A stretch of DNA of 64,000 bases from the NCBI GenBank assembly GCA_012517255.1, contig JAAYVH010000044.1, forward strand, positions 2,295 through 66,294, given 5' to 3'. The position numbers and the translations under genes were made by a program. The stretch comes from Chthonomonadales bacterium (GTDB lineage: Bacteria > Armatimonadota > Chthonomonadetes > Chthonomonadales > CAJBBX01). Positions 37,275 to 45,789 of the stretch are shown here, piece by piece (the stretch's first letter is position 1; the number at the start of each line of letters is the position of its first letter). The notes beneath the pieces are model-generated. The model was not told the DNA's origin and made no database searches. It worked only from the letters and a program-made list of their open reading frames with translations.

Positions 37275-38057
37275 GTGAACCCCTATCCGCTCACCGACGA
37301 GCACATTGCCTTCTATCGCGATAACGGGTTTGTGCAGTTGTTCGACGTCCTCAGCCCCGCCGAGTTGCAGCAGGCGCGCGAAGCGCTCGAGGATGCCAAT
37401 CAGCTCGTGCTGGATGCGAGCCATCACACCAGCAAGTTGAACCCTGAATACGAGAAGGTCTTCGTCCAGAAGGTCAACCTGTGGCGCGTTCACGACGGCA
37501 TGCGGGAGTACGTGCTCTCGTCCAAGCTGGCGGACATCGCACGGCGGTTGGCCGGATTCGAAGCCGTGCGTCTGTGGCACGATCATGCGCTGATCAAGAT
37601 GCCGGGCGACAGCAAGGAATCTCCGTGGCACCAGGATCTCCCCTACTGGCCGATGAACGAGCCCGGCGCCCTTTCGTGCTGGATGGCGCTGGACGACGTC
37701 GACGTGGCGAACGGCTGCATGCAGTTCGTGCCGAAGTCGCACACCTGGGGCATCTTCGAGCCGATCAAGCTGGTAGACGCCCAGGACCTGTTCAGTTTCG
37801 TGCCGGATCCCGAGACCAAGGACTTCACGCCCTTCGTCGCACGCATGCCGGCGGGAAGCTGCACGTTCCATGACGGGCGCACCTTCCACTATGCCGGGCC
37901 CAACACCACCGACAGGCCGCGGCGAGCCATCATCACCATCTATATGGCCGACGGTACAACCTACAACGGCAACCCGCACGTGGTGACCAATGGCCTGGAG
38001 CTCGTTCCGGGAGAGCCCTTCACCCACGAGTCATTCCCCGTGCTGTCTCGCGCGTAG
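37275..38057 (+). CDS. Phytanoyl-CoA dioxygenase (PhyH) family Fe(II)/2-oxoglutarate dioxygenase
   Basis: ORF track 37275..38057 (260 aa, GTG start). HxD iron motif (PWHQDLPYWP) and a distal His (GRTFHYAGPN). The N-terminal LTDEHIAFYRDNGFV is typical of the family. Confidence 0.8.
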   Translation: MNPYPLTDEHIAFYRDNGFVQLFDVLSPAELQQAREALEDANQLVLDASHHTSKLNPEYEKVFVQKVNLWRVHDGMREYVLSSKLADIARRLAGFEAVRLWHDHALIKMPGDSKESPWHQDLPYWPMNEPGALSCWMALDDVDVANGCMQFVPKSHTWGIFEPIKLVDAQDLFSFVPDPETKDFTPFVARMPAGSCTFHDGRTFHYAGPNTTDRPRRAIITIYMADGTTYNGNPHVVTNGLELVPGEPFTHESFPVLSRA

Positions 38058-38096
38058 CCGGGGCTGCTATCCCCCGCCGTGTCCCCTACAATGCGG

Positions 38097-38130
38097 CCCG
38101 ACGCTGTGTTCTTGAGCACAGACCGTCGGG
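38097..38130 (+). terminator. Imperfect hairpin downstream of the dioxygenase gene
   Basis: CCCGACGCTGTG-ttcttgag-CACAGaCCGTCGGG, with one bulge, 40 nt after the stop at 38057. No U-tract. Confidence 0.3.
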
Positions 38131-38326
38131 TCGCAACCACGACTCCGATCCTGTCCGGTTGACTGCGGCCATGCAACGGCGAAAAAAGTGAAAAATATCT
38201 CAATCTCTTGAAGGATACGCGGGCAGCCGCGTGGAATGATAACGGCGCAAGGCATCGCGCCGGCGCTGCGGCCCGTCTGTGCGGCTCAGTCCGGTCGCCG
38301 AGACCCCACAGTGCGAGGAGGAGCCC

Positions 38327-39361
38327 ATGGCTCACAGCAGCACAAAGAAGAAGGTTCGGGGGCACGCCCTGGTCCTGCTTGCCGCCACCCTCGGGCTTGT
38401 TGGCCCGCTCATGCTGAGCGAAGCCCAACGCAAGCCGCGGCCGCCGCAGTATCCGATGACTCTGTTTGCGGACGCGCAGCCCGACGACTACCTCGATGAT
38501 GCCATGTGTGCCGGGTGCCATGCAGAAATAGCGGCGGACTTTGGCCGCAGCTACCATGCCGCCCACGGCAAGGACCCCAAGCTGCCGCCGGAGAGGCGAG
38601 GATGCCAGTCGTGTCATGGTCCCGGCAAGAAGCACGTCGAGAACCTGGCGGACCTCCCCAAGGCCCGCGAGGCCGTGGTCCGCTACACCGCCATCAAGCC
38701 GGCACAGAGCAGCGCCGTGTGCATGCGTTGTCACGGCGGCACGATGCATACGGCCCAGTGGCAGCGCACAGAGCACGCGCGGGCGGGTCTGGGATGCGTC
38801 AGTTGCCACACGGTCCACCACGGACCGGGATCGGCGTTGCCGGCCGAGACGAAGGCCCGCGCCGACAGCATCGCGACGGCGCTCGCGCCCGCATCGGTGC
38901 CGACAGCATCGCCGGTGCGCCACCTGAAGGCCGAGGAAGCCTCGCTATGCGGCGCATGCCATCGGCGCGAGGCGGGCGAGTTTCGCAGGAACTTCCATCA
39001 TCCGGTGCCCGAGGGCCGCATGATCTGCAGCGACTGCCACGAGGTTCATCCGACGAAGGCGACCCCGCGCAAGAAGACCGCGATCAAGAGCGCATGCGTG
39101 CGATGCCATGCGGAGATGGCCGGTCCCTTCCGCTACGAGCATGAACCCGTGGCCGGCTGGACCGGCGACGGCTGCGTCGAGTGTCATCGCCCGCATGGAT
39201 CGCACAATCCGGGGCTGTTGAACTCGTTTTCCCGCGGCCTCTGCGCCCAGTGCCATACCGATATGACCACGACCCACTACCCGGGTCAGACGTGCTGGAA
39301 CTCCGGTTGTCATGAGGCCATCCACGGCTCCAATCGCGACCGGACCCTGCTCACGAGGTGA
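38327..39361 (+). CDS. Secreted decaheme c-type cytochrome (MtrA/MtoA/PioA/DmsE-like)
   Basis: ORF track 38279..39361, with the ATG at 38327 after a GAGGAGGAG RBS. Signal peptide (ALVLLAATLGLVGPLMLSEA). Nine CxxCH motifs (CAGCH, CQSCH, CMRCH, CVSCH, CGACH, CSDCH, CVRCH, CVECH, CAQCH) plus CWNSGCH. Paired-CXXCH signature GPFRYEHEPV...CVECHRPHGSHNPGLL and the ending CHEAIHGSN. Confidence 0.85.
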   Translation: MAHSSTKKKVRGHALVLLAATLGLVGPLMLSEAQRKPRPPQYPMTLFADAQPDDYLDDAMCAGCHAEIAADFGRSYHAAHGKDPKLPPERRGCQSCHGPGKKHVENLADLPKAREAVVRYTAIKPAQSSAVCMRCHGGTMHTAQWQRTEHARAGLGCVSCHTVHHGPGSALPAETKARADSIATALAPASVPTASPVRHLKAEEASLCGACHRREAGEFRRNFHHPVPEGRMICSDCHEVHPTKATPRKKTAIKSACVRCHAEMAGPFRYEHEPVAGWTGDGCVECHRPHGSHNPGLLNSFSRGLCAQCHTDMTTTHYPGQTCWNSGCHEAIHGSNRDRTLLTR

Positions 39362-41067
39362 CCGCCATGAGCATGCAATTCATTCGGGCACATGCCTGCG
39401 GCGCCGGCCGTGATCCTTTGAGGCTGCTCATGCTGCGCGCCGCGATCATGCTGGCAACGGCAATGCTTGCTGCCATGTGCGCGGCGCAGGATGCCGGTTC
39501 GGAAGAAGAGCCGGAGGAAGAAGAGGCGAAAGAGGCTGCTCCCCGGATCGTGCAACTAGAGCTGGGAGCGGGGGGATGGCGGACCAGCGGGAACGCGGCC
39601 AAGTTGCGCCAGTATGCATCGCCGGCTGGCGGCGTGTACGTGCGCGAGCTGACATTGCAGCCCGCGGGATTCCCCTATGATGGCTACGCCCTGCTGCGAC
39701 TGAGCGGGGTCGGGTCCGACGATGCCGCCAACGGCCTCGAGCTCGGGTTCAACGGCGACCGCACGAGAATCTGGTACCACGGCGCACGCAACCGCTTCTA
39801 CGAGCACACGTCGCTGGTTATCCCCGAGAGCAACAGGAAGACCGAGGGGATCACCGTGCGGCTGTTGCCGCATCCTGACTTCGGTCTCACGTGGAGCTAT
39901 AGCGTGGACAATCAGGATCGCTACTTCGAAGCTCCGCGCGAGGCGACGCGCAGGCGCATCCGTCAGTGGGAGATGTCGGCCAACGGCAAGGTCGGCGACG
40001 GCAATCTGGGCGTCACGGTGTCGGACTTCCGCTTCTACGACCGGATGCTGACACTGCCGGACACGAGCGTCCAGAGCTGGAGCGTGAACGGACTCTGGTC
40101 GCAGAGCCCCGAGGCAGACCTCTACGGCTCTGTCACCGGCCGAACCATCGAGCGGTCCGGCGCAGGGGTCGGGCGCGTCAACGAGATCGCCGCCGGCGGA
40201 ACCCTCGACATGGGAGCGCTCGGCGATCTCTCCGTCAGAGGCGAGACGCAGCATATGAACTGGCCCGGTATGGAGAGCTCGTATGTCACGGACCGGCGCA
40301 TGGCCGAGACCATGCTCGTCTCGCGGCTGGGCTCCATGGGCATGCGGCTGAAGTGGCAGTATCACGAGGCCGAGCGGGTGCGCGCGGGCGGCGACGATCT
40401 CGATGTGCCCAAGTGGACAGTTGTCAGCGGGCGCATGGCTGGCCGCATAGGCAAGCTTCTGCGGCTGACCCTGAAAGGCAGCAGCGAGCGCATGTGGCAG
40501 CGGCCACAGATGGTGATGACCGATACCCGATCGGCGCTCTGGGACGCGCGCGACGGGTTGGAGATCAAGCTGGACGGCTCCGGGGAGAGCCTCCAGGGCT
40601 ACGCCGCATGGAAGTTCCAGCGACGCGGCAACACGCCGCGCGGCACCAATGTCACCTGCGGGACGGCGACGGCGGGGCTGACGGTGAATCTCGCCCCCAA
40701 TCTCGAGATGTTCGGCGAAGTCGCCTACGAGACGTGGCGAGGCCGCTCCGAGGCGGTGGCCTACCCGACGCTGGGCAACTTCATGCCGGACAGCCGCATG
40801 ACGGCGCTCGGCCTGAGCTATGCGCTGACCCAGAGCACGTTCTTCTGGGCAGGATATACCGACACTGCCACCAACAACGACAATCCCCTCTTGCTGCGCG
40901 ACGGCAACACGCGCAGCCATTACCTCACGCTCATGGTGCGGCATCGTTTCGCATCCGGCGAAGAGGTGTCGCTATCTGTTGCGCCATGGACATATCGCGA
41001 CGAAGTGGACCCCACGATGAACCTGACTGCCACTACCGTGGTCATGTCGGCGAGAGGCAGGTTCTAG
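39358..41067 (+). CDS. Putative outer-membrane beta-barrel partner of the decaheme (MtrB/MtoB/PioB-like by position)
   Basis: ORF track 39358..41067 (GTG overlapping the upstream TGA as GTGA). Alternative starts are 39367, 39373 and 39430. Signal peptide MLRAAIMLATAMLAAMCAAQ, then an acidic run SEEEPEEEEAKE. Alternating-residue strands throughout. C-terminus ...TTVVMSARGRF (terminal Phe). No heme motifs. Confidence 0.6.
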   Translation: MTAMSMQFIRAHACGAGRDPLRLLMLRAAIMLATAMLAAMCAAQDAGSEEEPEEEEAKEAAPRIVQLELGAGGWRTSGNAAKLRQYASPAGGVYVRELTLQPAGFPYDGYALLRLSGVGSDDAANGLELGFNGDRTRIWYHGARNRFYEHTSLVIPESNRKTEGITVRLLPHPDFGLTWSYSVDNQDRYFEAPREATRRRIRQWEMSANGKVGDGNLGVTVSDFRFYDRMLTLPDTSVQSWSVNGLWSQSPEADLYGSVTGRTIERSGAGVGRVNEIAAGGTLDMGALGDLSVRGETQHMNWPGMESSYVTDRRMAETMLVSRLGSMGMRLKWQYHEAERVRAGGDDLDVPKWTVVSGRMAGRIGKLLRLTLKGSSERMWQRPQMVMTDTRSALWDARDGLEIKLDGSGESLQGYAAWKFQRRGNTPRGTNVTCGTATAGLTVNLAPNLEMFGEVAYETWRGRSEAVAYPTLGNFMPDSRMTALGLSYALTQSTFFWAGYTDTATNNDNPLLLRDGNTRSHYLTLMVRHRFASGEEVSLSVAPWTYRDEVDPTMNLTATTVVMSARGRF

Positions 41068-41129
41068 GCCATGCGTCGTGATCCAATGTCGTTCCCTGCA
41101 ATGCAAACCCAAATCTCAGGAGAGCATCC

Positions 41130-42647
41130 ATGATGAAACGACCGTGGTTTGCGCTGATCGCGGGCGGCCTTGTGCCGTTCGTAGCTACGCTGATCATTGC
41201 CGGATGTGGAGGTTCCGGCGGTCCGTTGAAGCCGCCTCCCACCGGCGACATTGGCCCATCGGCGGAGTTCATCCAGCTTCTGCCGGCAGCCCAGCGCACT
41301 GCGACGTACGTCGGCGGCACGCCGTGCGTCAACTGCCATGAGACCGGCGTGGGCGGCGCGCCCGTGGTGGACTTCGCCAAGTGGGAGGCCACCAAGCATG
41401 CCCAGGTAGGGCTCGGTTGCGAGCAATGCCACGGGCCGGCCAGCGCCCATGTCGCCGCCCCGTCCGATGACAACATCCTCGCGCATCCCAACGTCACGCG
41501 ATCGGTTGTGTGCGGCCAGTGCCATGGCCCCATGTACGCGGAGTACAAGGCGTCTCCCCATGCCGAGGCCGTCGAGGAGGTGATAGAGGACGTTCAGGCC
41601 GCGACCAATACCGGCACAGGACGGTGTCTGCGGTGCCACAGCGCCTCGCTGCGAGCCAGGATGATCGACGCGCCCATCACGGCGGGCAAAACGGCGAATG
41701 AGATAGATGCGGGGCTCACTGCCCTGACTCTCGACCAGCTCAAGGCCGCGGCCGCATCAACCCACGAGACGGCTACGTGCGTCAACTGCCATTCGCCCAT
41801 GCAAGAGACTGGCAAGCCGATGCTGTCGGGCAAGCTCGCCCTGCTGCGTCACAAGACCCACAACACCGACACGTCGGTTGTGGGCGTTCCCGGGGCAGCG
41901 CTGAAGGACACGCAGGTTTTCGACCATCAGTGCGGCGCATGCCATCTGGCCGGAACATCCTCGACCCCGAAGACCGACGATGCCACGCTGAACGCCTCAA
42001 CGTCTCGCGTGAACTTCCACTACAGCCCGCAGTACTACATGCTTGCCGGCATGGGCGGAGTGGAGATCACGCCGCCTGTCGTGCGCAACTCGGCTCACTT
42101 CTCGACGGCGGAACAGTGCGTGAAGTGCCATATGCCGAACTCGAAGCACACCATGACCGTCGCTTTCGATCAGAGCTGTTCACCTTGCCACACGCCAGCC
42201 GACGCGGCCGCACGCTACGCCATTCGCGGCAACACGGAGCTGCAGCTCTATGCTCTCCGCACACGCATGGAGAACTGGGCGCGGGCTACCACCTTCACCA
42301 GCCCGAACATCAGCAACGATCCCGACATGTGGATGTACACCGCCGACATCACCGCGCTCGGCAAGACACCGCCTGCTCAGGCTCAGGTGCCGATCGAGAT
42401 CAAGCGAGCCCGCCACAACTACTGGTTCATCCTGCGCGACGGCAGCTTCGGCGTTCATAACGCGCCCTACACGCGTCACCTGCTGAATGCGGCGAACAAT
42501 CAGCTTGCCGCGCTGGGCAGGGCCGCGGCGCCTGTGCCGCTGAAGAACGTTTCGAAGGCCGAGATGGCGCGCATCAGCGCGATCCTCGATGCCGACCGGA
42601 AACGCGCGCGGCGCGTGGATATGGAGGAGCTGCTCCGCGAGCCTTAG
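41130..42647 (+). CDS. Lipoprotein octaheme c-type cytochrome (candidate surface-exposed partner)
   Basis: ORF track 41130..42647 (505 aa). CAGGAGAG RBS. Lipobox LIIAG-C. Eight CxxCH motifs (CVNCH, CEQCH, CGQCH, CLRCH, CVNCH, CGACH, CVKCH, CSPCH). Helical C-terminal region RARHNYWFILRDGSFGVHNAPYTRHLL. Confidence 0.8.
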   Translation: MMKRPWFALIAGGLVPFVATLIIAGCGGSGGPLKPPPTGDIGPSAEFIQLLPAAQRTATYVGGTPCVNCHETGVGGAPVVDFAKWEATKHAQVGLGCEQCHGPASAHVAAPSDDNILAHPNVTRSVVCGQCHGPMYAEYKASPHAEAVEEVIEDVQAATNTGTGRCLRCHSASLRARMIDAPITAGKTANEIDAGLTALTLDQLKAAAASTHETATCVNCHSPMQETGKPMLSGKLALLRHKTHNTDTSVVGVPGAALKDTQVFDHQCGACHLAGTSSTPKTDDATLNASTSRVNFHYSPQYYMLAGMGGVEITPPVVRNSAHFSTAEQCVKCHMPNSKHTMTVAFDQSCSPCHTPADAAARYAIRGNTELQLYALRTRMENWARATTFTSPNISNDPDMWMYTADITALGKTPPAQAQVPIEIKRARHNYWFILRDGSFGVHNAPYTRHLLNAANNQLAALGRAAAPVPLKNVSKAEMARISAILDADRKRARRVDMEELLREP

Positions 42648-42706
42648 GGGCAATCACTCAGGCTGCGCCCACCCTCGGGCGCAGCCTGAACCTCGCTTGG
42701 GACCGT

Positions 42707-43873
42707 CTACGGCTTGCCGGATCCTGAGCGCTTGCCTCCAGGATTGACCAGCTTGCCGCCATCCTGAGACCGAGCGCCTCGATTCTGCGCGCCGCCTCGC
42801 TCTTGATAGGGGCCGGGATTCACAACGTTGCCCATACGATCGCCTCGCAGTCCCGGGGTGTTGGCGGCGCGATCGTCGGGCCTTCCCCGCGTTCCTGGCC
42901 TGCTGCTGCGGAACGTCAGCCAGGCTTCGCCGTCGGGCCCTGCCTTGCCGTTGGCGTAGTACGGCGAATCTGGGTCCACGTTTCGGTCAATGTTCTCAAG
43001 GATTCCCTTGTGGTCGGGCTCGGTGCGGATCGTTTCGGTGTAGCTGCCGGTTCGCCCCTCGCGTGAACGAGTCACGCTCAGACGGTAGAGGCCGGCGTCT
43101 GTGCGGTGAACGGTCTGACTCTCGGTAGAGCCGTCTGCGTCACGATCCACTACGTGGCGGGAAACCAGACTGTCGAAGGTTCCGTTCCCGTCGGTGTCGC
43201 GCCGGACCTCAGTCACTTCCTCATGCTCGCCATTGGGTGCGTCATAGCGAACGTGGAGGCTCGCCGTGGTCCCATCCTGACTGATGGTTACCGAGCGCGA
43301 GTATATCTTGCCGTCCTCAGTGCGGGTCCATGTGGATGTGTTGGGTCCATCGCCGTCTTCGCCGTCACCGGCCAGTCCGCCCACATCCCGGGGATCAGGC
43401 GCACCGAACCGATTCCGATAGCGGTCGGCGTCGCCTCCCGTACGGCCCTGTTTGGGCAGGATGGTGTCCAGGCCGTCGGACTGGCCGCGCTGCCTGCCGA
43501 ACGCTCGGGGATCAGGCTTGGTCGAGCCTGCACCGACCGTGTCCCTGGCGCCGCCCTGACCGAGCTGGCCGAACTTGCCCGTTTCAGGCCGGTTTGCCCC
43601 GCCCCGTGGTCCGCCAAGAGCATCTCTGGCCGCCGCGCCCTCTTTGCCGAGAGCGGCTCCGCCAGCCGTCTTGCCCAACCGATCTTGCTTGAGAGCCGCG
43701 CGGTTGTCCCTGGACGGCAGAGAGCCGACATTGCCGGTCTTGCCGCCCTGAACCGCCGGCGGTTTCGTCTCCTTCTTATCCTGTGAGACCTTGGGATCAT
43801 CAGCCAGAGCGCCTGCCGTCAGCACCAGCGCCGCAAGCAGCGATGCGCTCGCACGTCCGATATCGTGTCGCAT
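42707..43873 (-). CDS. Secreted low-complexity Gly/Arg/Lys-rich protein with DxDxDG-type (calcium-loop-like) motifs
   Basis: ORF track 42707..43873 (388 aa). Signal peptide (ASASLLAALVLTAGALA). Long disordered G/R/K/P-rich N- and C-terminal regions. Central folded part containing DTDGNGTFD and DRDADGSTE. Confidence 0.5.
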   Translation of the reverse strand: MRHDIGRASASLLAALVLTAGALADDPKVSQDKKETKPPAVQGGKTGNVGSLPSRDNRAALKQDRLGKTAGGAALGKEGAAARDALGGPRGGANRPETGKFGQLGQGGARDTVGAGSTKPDPRAFGRQRGQSDGLDTILPKQGRTGGDADRYRNRFGAPDPRDVGGLAGDGEDGDGPNTSTWTRTEDGKIYSRSVTISQDGTTASLHVRYDAPNGEHEEVTEVRRDTDGNGTFDSLVSRHVVDRDADGSTESQTVHRTDAGLYRLSVTRSREGRTGSYTETIRTEPDHKGILENIDRNVDPDSPYYANGKAGPDGEAWLTFRSSRPGTRGRPDDRAANTPGLRGDRMGNVVNPGPYQERGGAQNRGARSQDGGKLVNPGGKRSGSGKP

Positions 43874-44130
43874 GGGGAGTTCCTGTCGCCGTCAAAGAGT
43901 GTGTGGGCCGAGCGCCGGCCCGGCCCACACTAGGGCATACTCCCGGAAACGACGTTTCGCTCCCCGCAGCGCGGATCAAGATCGGGCGGGCGTTTCTGGC
44001 TCGCCGAGGAGTCTCACCTGCTCCGCCGGTGCTCGAGGGGACTCCGGCGGTTCGGGTGTGGCTCGGACGAATGCGCTGAACGCAAGCGCCAACAGCGCGT
44101 GGCCGATGCCCGGACAGCGAAGCGGACCTG

Positions 44131-45063
44131 CTATCGCTCGGCCACGATTCTCAGCGTCTCGCCTGTATCCTCGACTTCGAAGATGCGACAGCGTTCCTCG
44201 GGCGAGCGGTTGGGCGCATGGAGGGCGACGCGCAACTTGCGGTCGAAGCCGCGGAAGATCATAGCGTGCCCGCCGTCGTCGCGATAGAAAGGCTCGGCTT
44301 GCTGTCGCCAGGGCCCGGCGACCTTGCCGGAGTCCGAGACGGCAAGACCGGTGGTGTAGCCGGTGTCGCTGAAGCTTGACCAGAGCATAAACAGCCTGCC
44401 CGACTTGCTCCGGTAAAGGGCCGGGCCATCCGTTACATAGCGCTCGCTTCCGCGCGGGGCCCATGGCGCGTCGCTCCCCCTGAACAGCACGCGCGGCTCT
44501 CCTTCGGACGCCGAAAGATCCCGCTTCAGCCGAATCAGGTTCATGCCGCCGTCGCGAATCTGCACCCATTCATGGCAATAGATCATGTGCGGCACGCCGC
44601 CCTCCACCCACAACGTTCCGTCCAGAGCCATCTCGTCGTCCGGCGTGTGGGGCCGGTTGTCGAAGGGAACGAACGGCCCCTCCGGTCTGTCGGCGACGAG
44701 TATCTGCGTGCCTCGACGCACCAGCGGCGGCCAGCCGGGACGCTGGGGCGCAAGCGGCCTGTCATCCATGAACGTGGCAAACACATAGTACTTGCCGCGG
44801 TAGCGATGCATTTCGGGGGCCCAGATGGCGCTGGGCCCCCAGTGCCCCTCCGGAAGCGCGAACACGGTCTGGGGCTCGCTCCATGTCCGCAGGTCCTTCG
44901 AAGCGCGCACGGTCACGGAACGACCGCCTGACGCTACCAGATAGTAGGTGCGCGAGGCGGTATCCGGCAGGATGAACGGATCCCGGATAGCGATGTCGGC
45001 GAGCGGAACGCCATGCTCGCCGCAGGTCGCAAGGAGCATAGGCGGGATGGGCAACGCTATCAT
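44131..45063 (-). CDS. Glycoside hydrolase family 43-like protein
   Basis: ORF track 44131..45288, with the ATG at 45063 (ATGA overlap with the upstream stop). IRDPFILPD..., WAPEMHRYRGKYYVFATF and the five-bladed-propeller pattern are typical of GH43. Confidence 0.75.
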   Translation of the reverse strand: MIALPIPPMLLATCGEHGVPLADIAIRDPFILPDTASRTYYLVASGGRSVTVRASKDLRTWSEPQTVFALPEGHWGPSAIWAPEMHRYRGKYYVFATFMDDRPLAPQRPGWPPLVRRGTQILVADRPEGPFVPFDNRPHTPDDEMALDGTLWVEGGVPHMIYCHEWVQIRDGGMNLIRLKRDLSASEGEPRVLFRGSDAPWAPRGSERYVTDGPALYRSKSGRLFMLWSSFSDTGYTTGLAVSDSGKVAGPWRQQAEPFYRDDGGHAMIFRGFDRKLRVALHAPNRSPEERCRIFEVEDTGETLRIVAER

Positions 45064-45755
45064 TTCGCTTTCGGCTTGACGGCCGGTTTCTGAGTCTGGG
45101 GTTTGGCCGGCGCCGGCGGGGCTTCGGCGGTCTTGCTCATGCCGAGCATCATCAACTGCATCAGGTCGAGGCCGCCTTCGCCGCCCTCGGCGAGCTCCTT
45201 TTGCAGGTCGAACGGACGCACGCCCGACAGCGTCTGGATCGCTCGGACGTTGATGAGCGTGAGCGAGGCGACTGTGTCCTCGGTCCACTTGCTGCCGCCG
45301 AACAGCGCCGCCATATCGGGCTCCTTGCCGCTCTGCTCGGCCTCCATGATCATCTGCAAGAGGTTCGGCGACTTCTGCTCAACGGCGTATGCGACGAGGA
45401 AGGTCTCGGAGCCGATGGCGAGCGTCTGTCCCTGCGTGAAGCACGTTCGCTGCGGACCTCCGCCCATGCCGCCGAGCATCGAGAGGCCAAGGGCAGCTTC
45501 CATGCCGTCGCCCTTCATCTTGCCGCCGTCGGCCATCATGCCGATCTGGGCAAGCTTCGACAGCATGTCGCCGGTCCCGGCAGCGCCGGCGTCGGACTGT
45601 TTCACCGACACCCGGAGCCAGGCCGCATTGAACTGCTTGAGCTGCATCGTATGGGGCGTCCTGGCGAGCAACGTCGCGAGCGGGTTGGGCTCCTGTGCCA
45701 GGGCTTGCGGCATACAGACGGCGATCAGAGCGACCGCCAGTAGTGATCGTGTCAT
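45060..45755 (-). CDS. Secreted Met-rich hypothetical protein
   Basis: ORF track 45060..45836, with the ATG at 45755 (GGGAGAA RBS). Signal peptide MTRSLLAVALIAVCMPQALA. Met-rich stretches (IGMMADGGKMKGDGM, LSMLGGMGGG, LMQLMMLGMS). Lys/Pro-rich tail. Confidence 0.45.
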   Translation of the reverse strand: MTRSLLAVALIAVCMPQALAQEPNPLATLLARTPHTMQLKQFNAAWLRVSVKQSDAGAAGTGDMLSKLAQIGMMADGGKMKGDGMEAALGLSMLGGMGGGPQRTCFTQGQTLAIGSETFLVAYAVEQKSPNLLQMIMEAEQSGKEPDMAALFGGSKWTEDTVASLTLINVRAIQTLSGVRPFDLQKELAEGGEGGLDLMQLMMLGMSKTAEAPPAPAKPQTQKPAVKPKAK

Positions 45756-45789
45756 GGTTTCTCCCTGTTGGATGGATGATGGACGTCGG

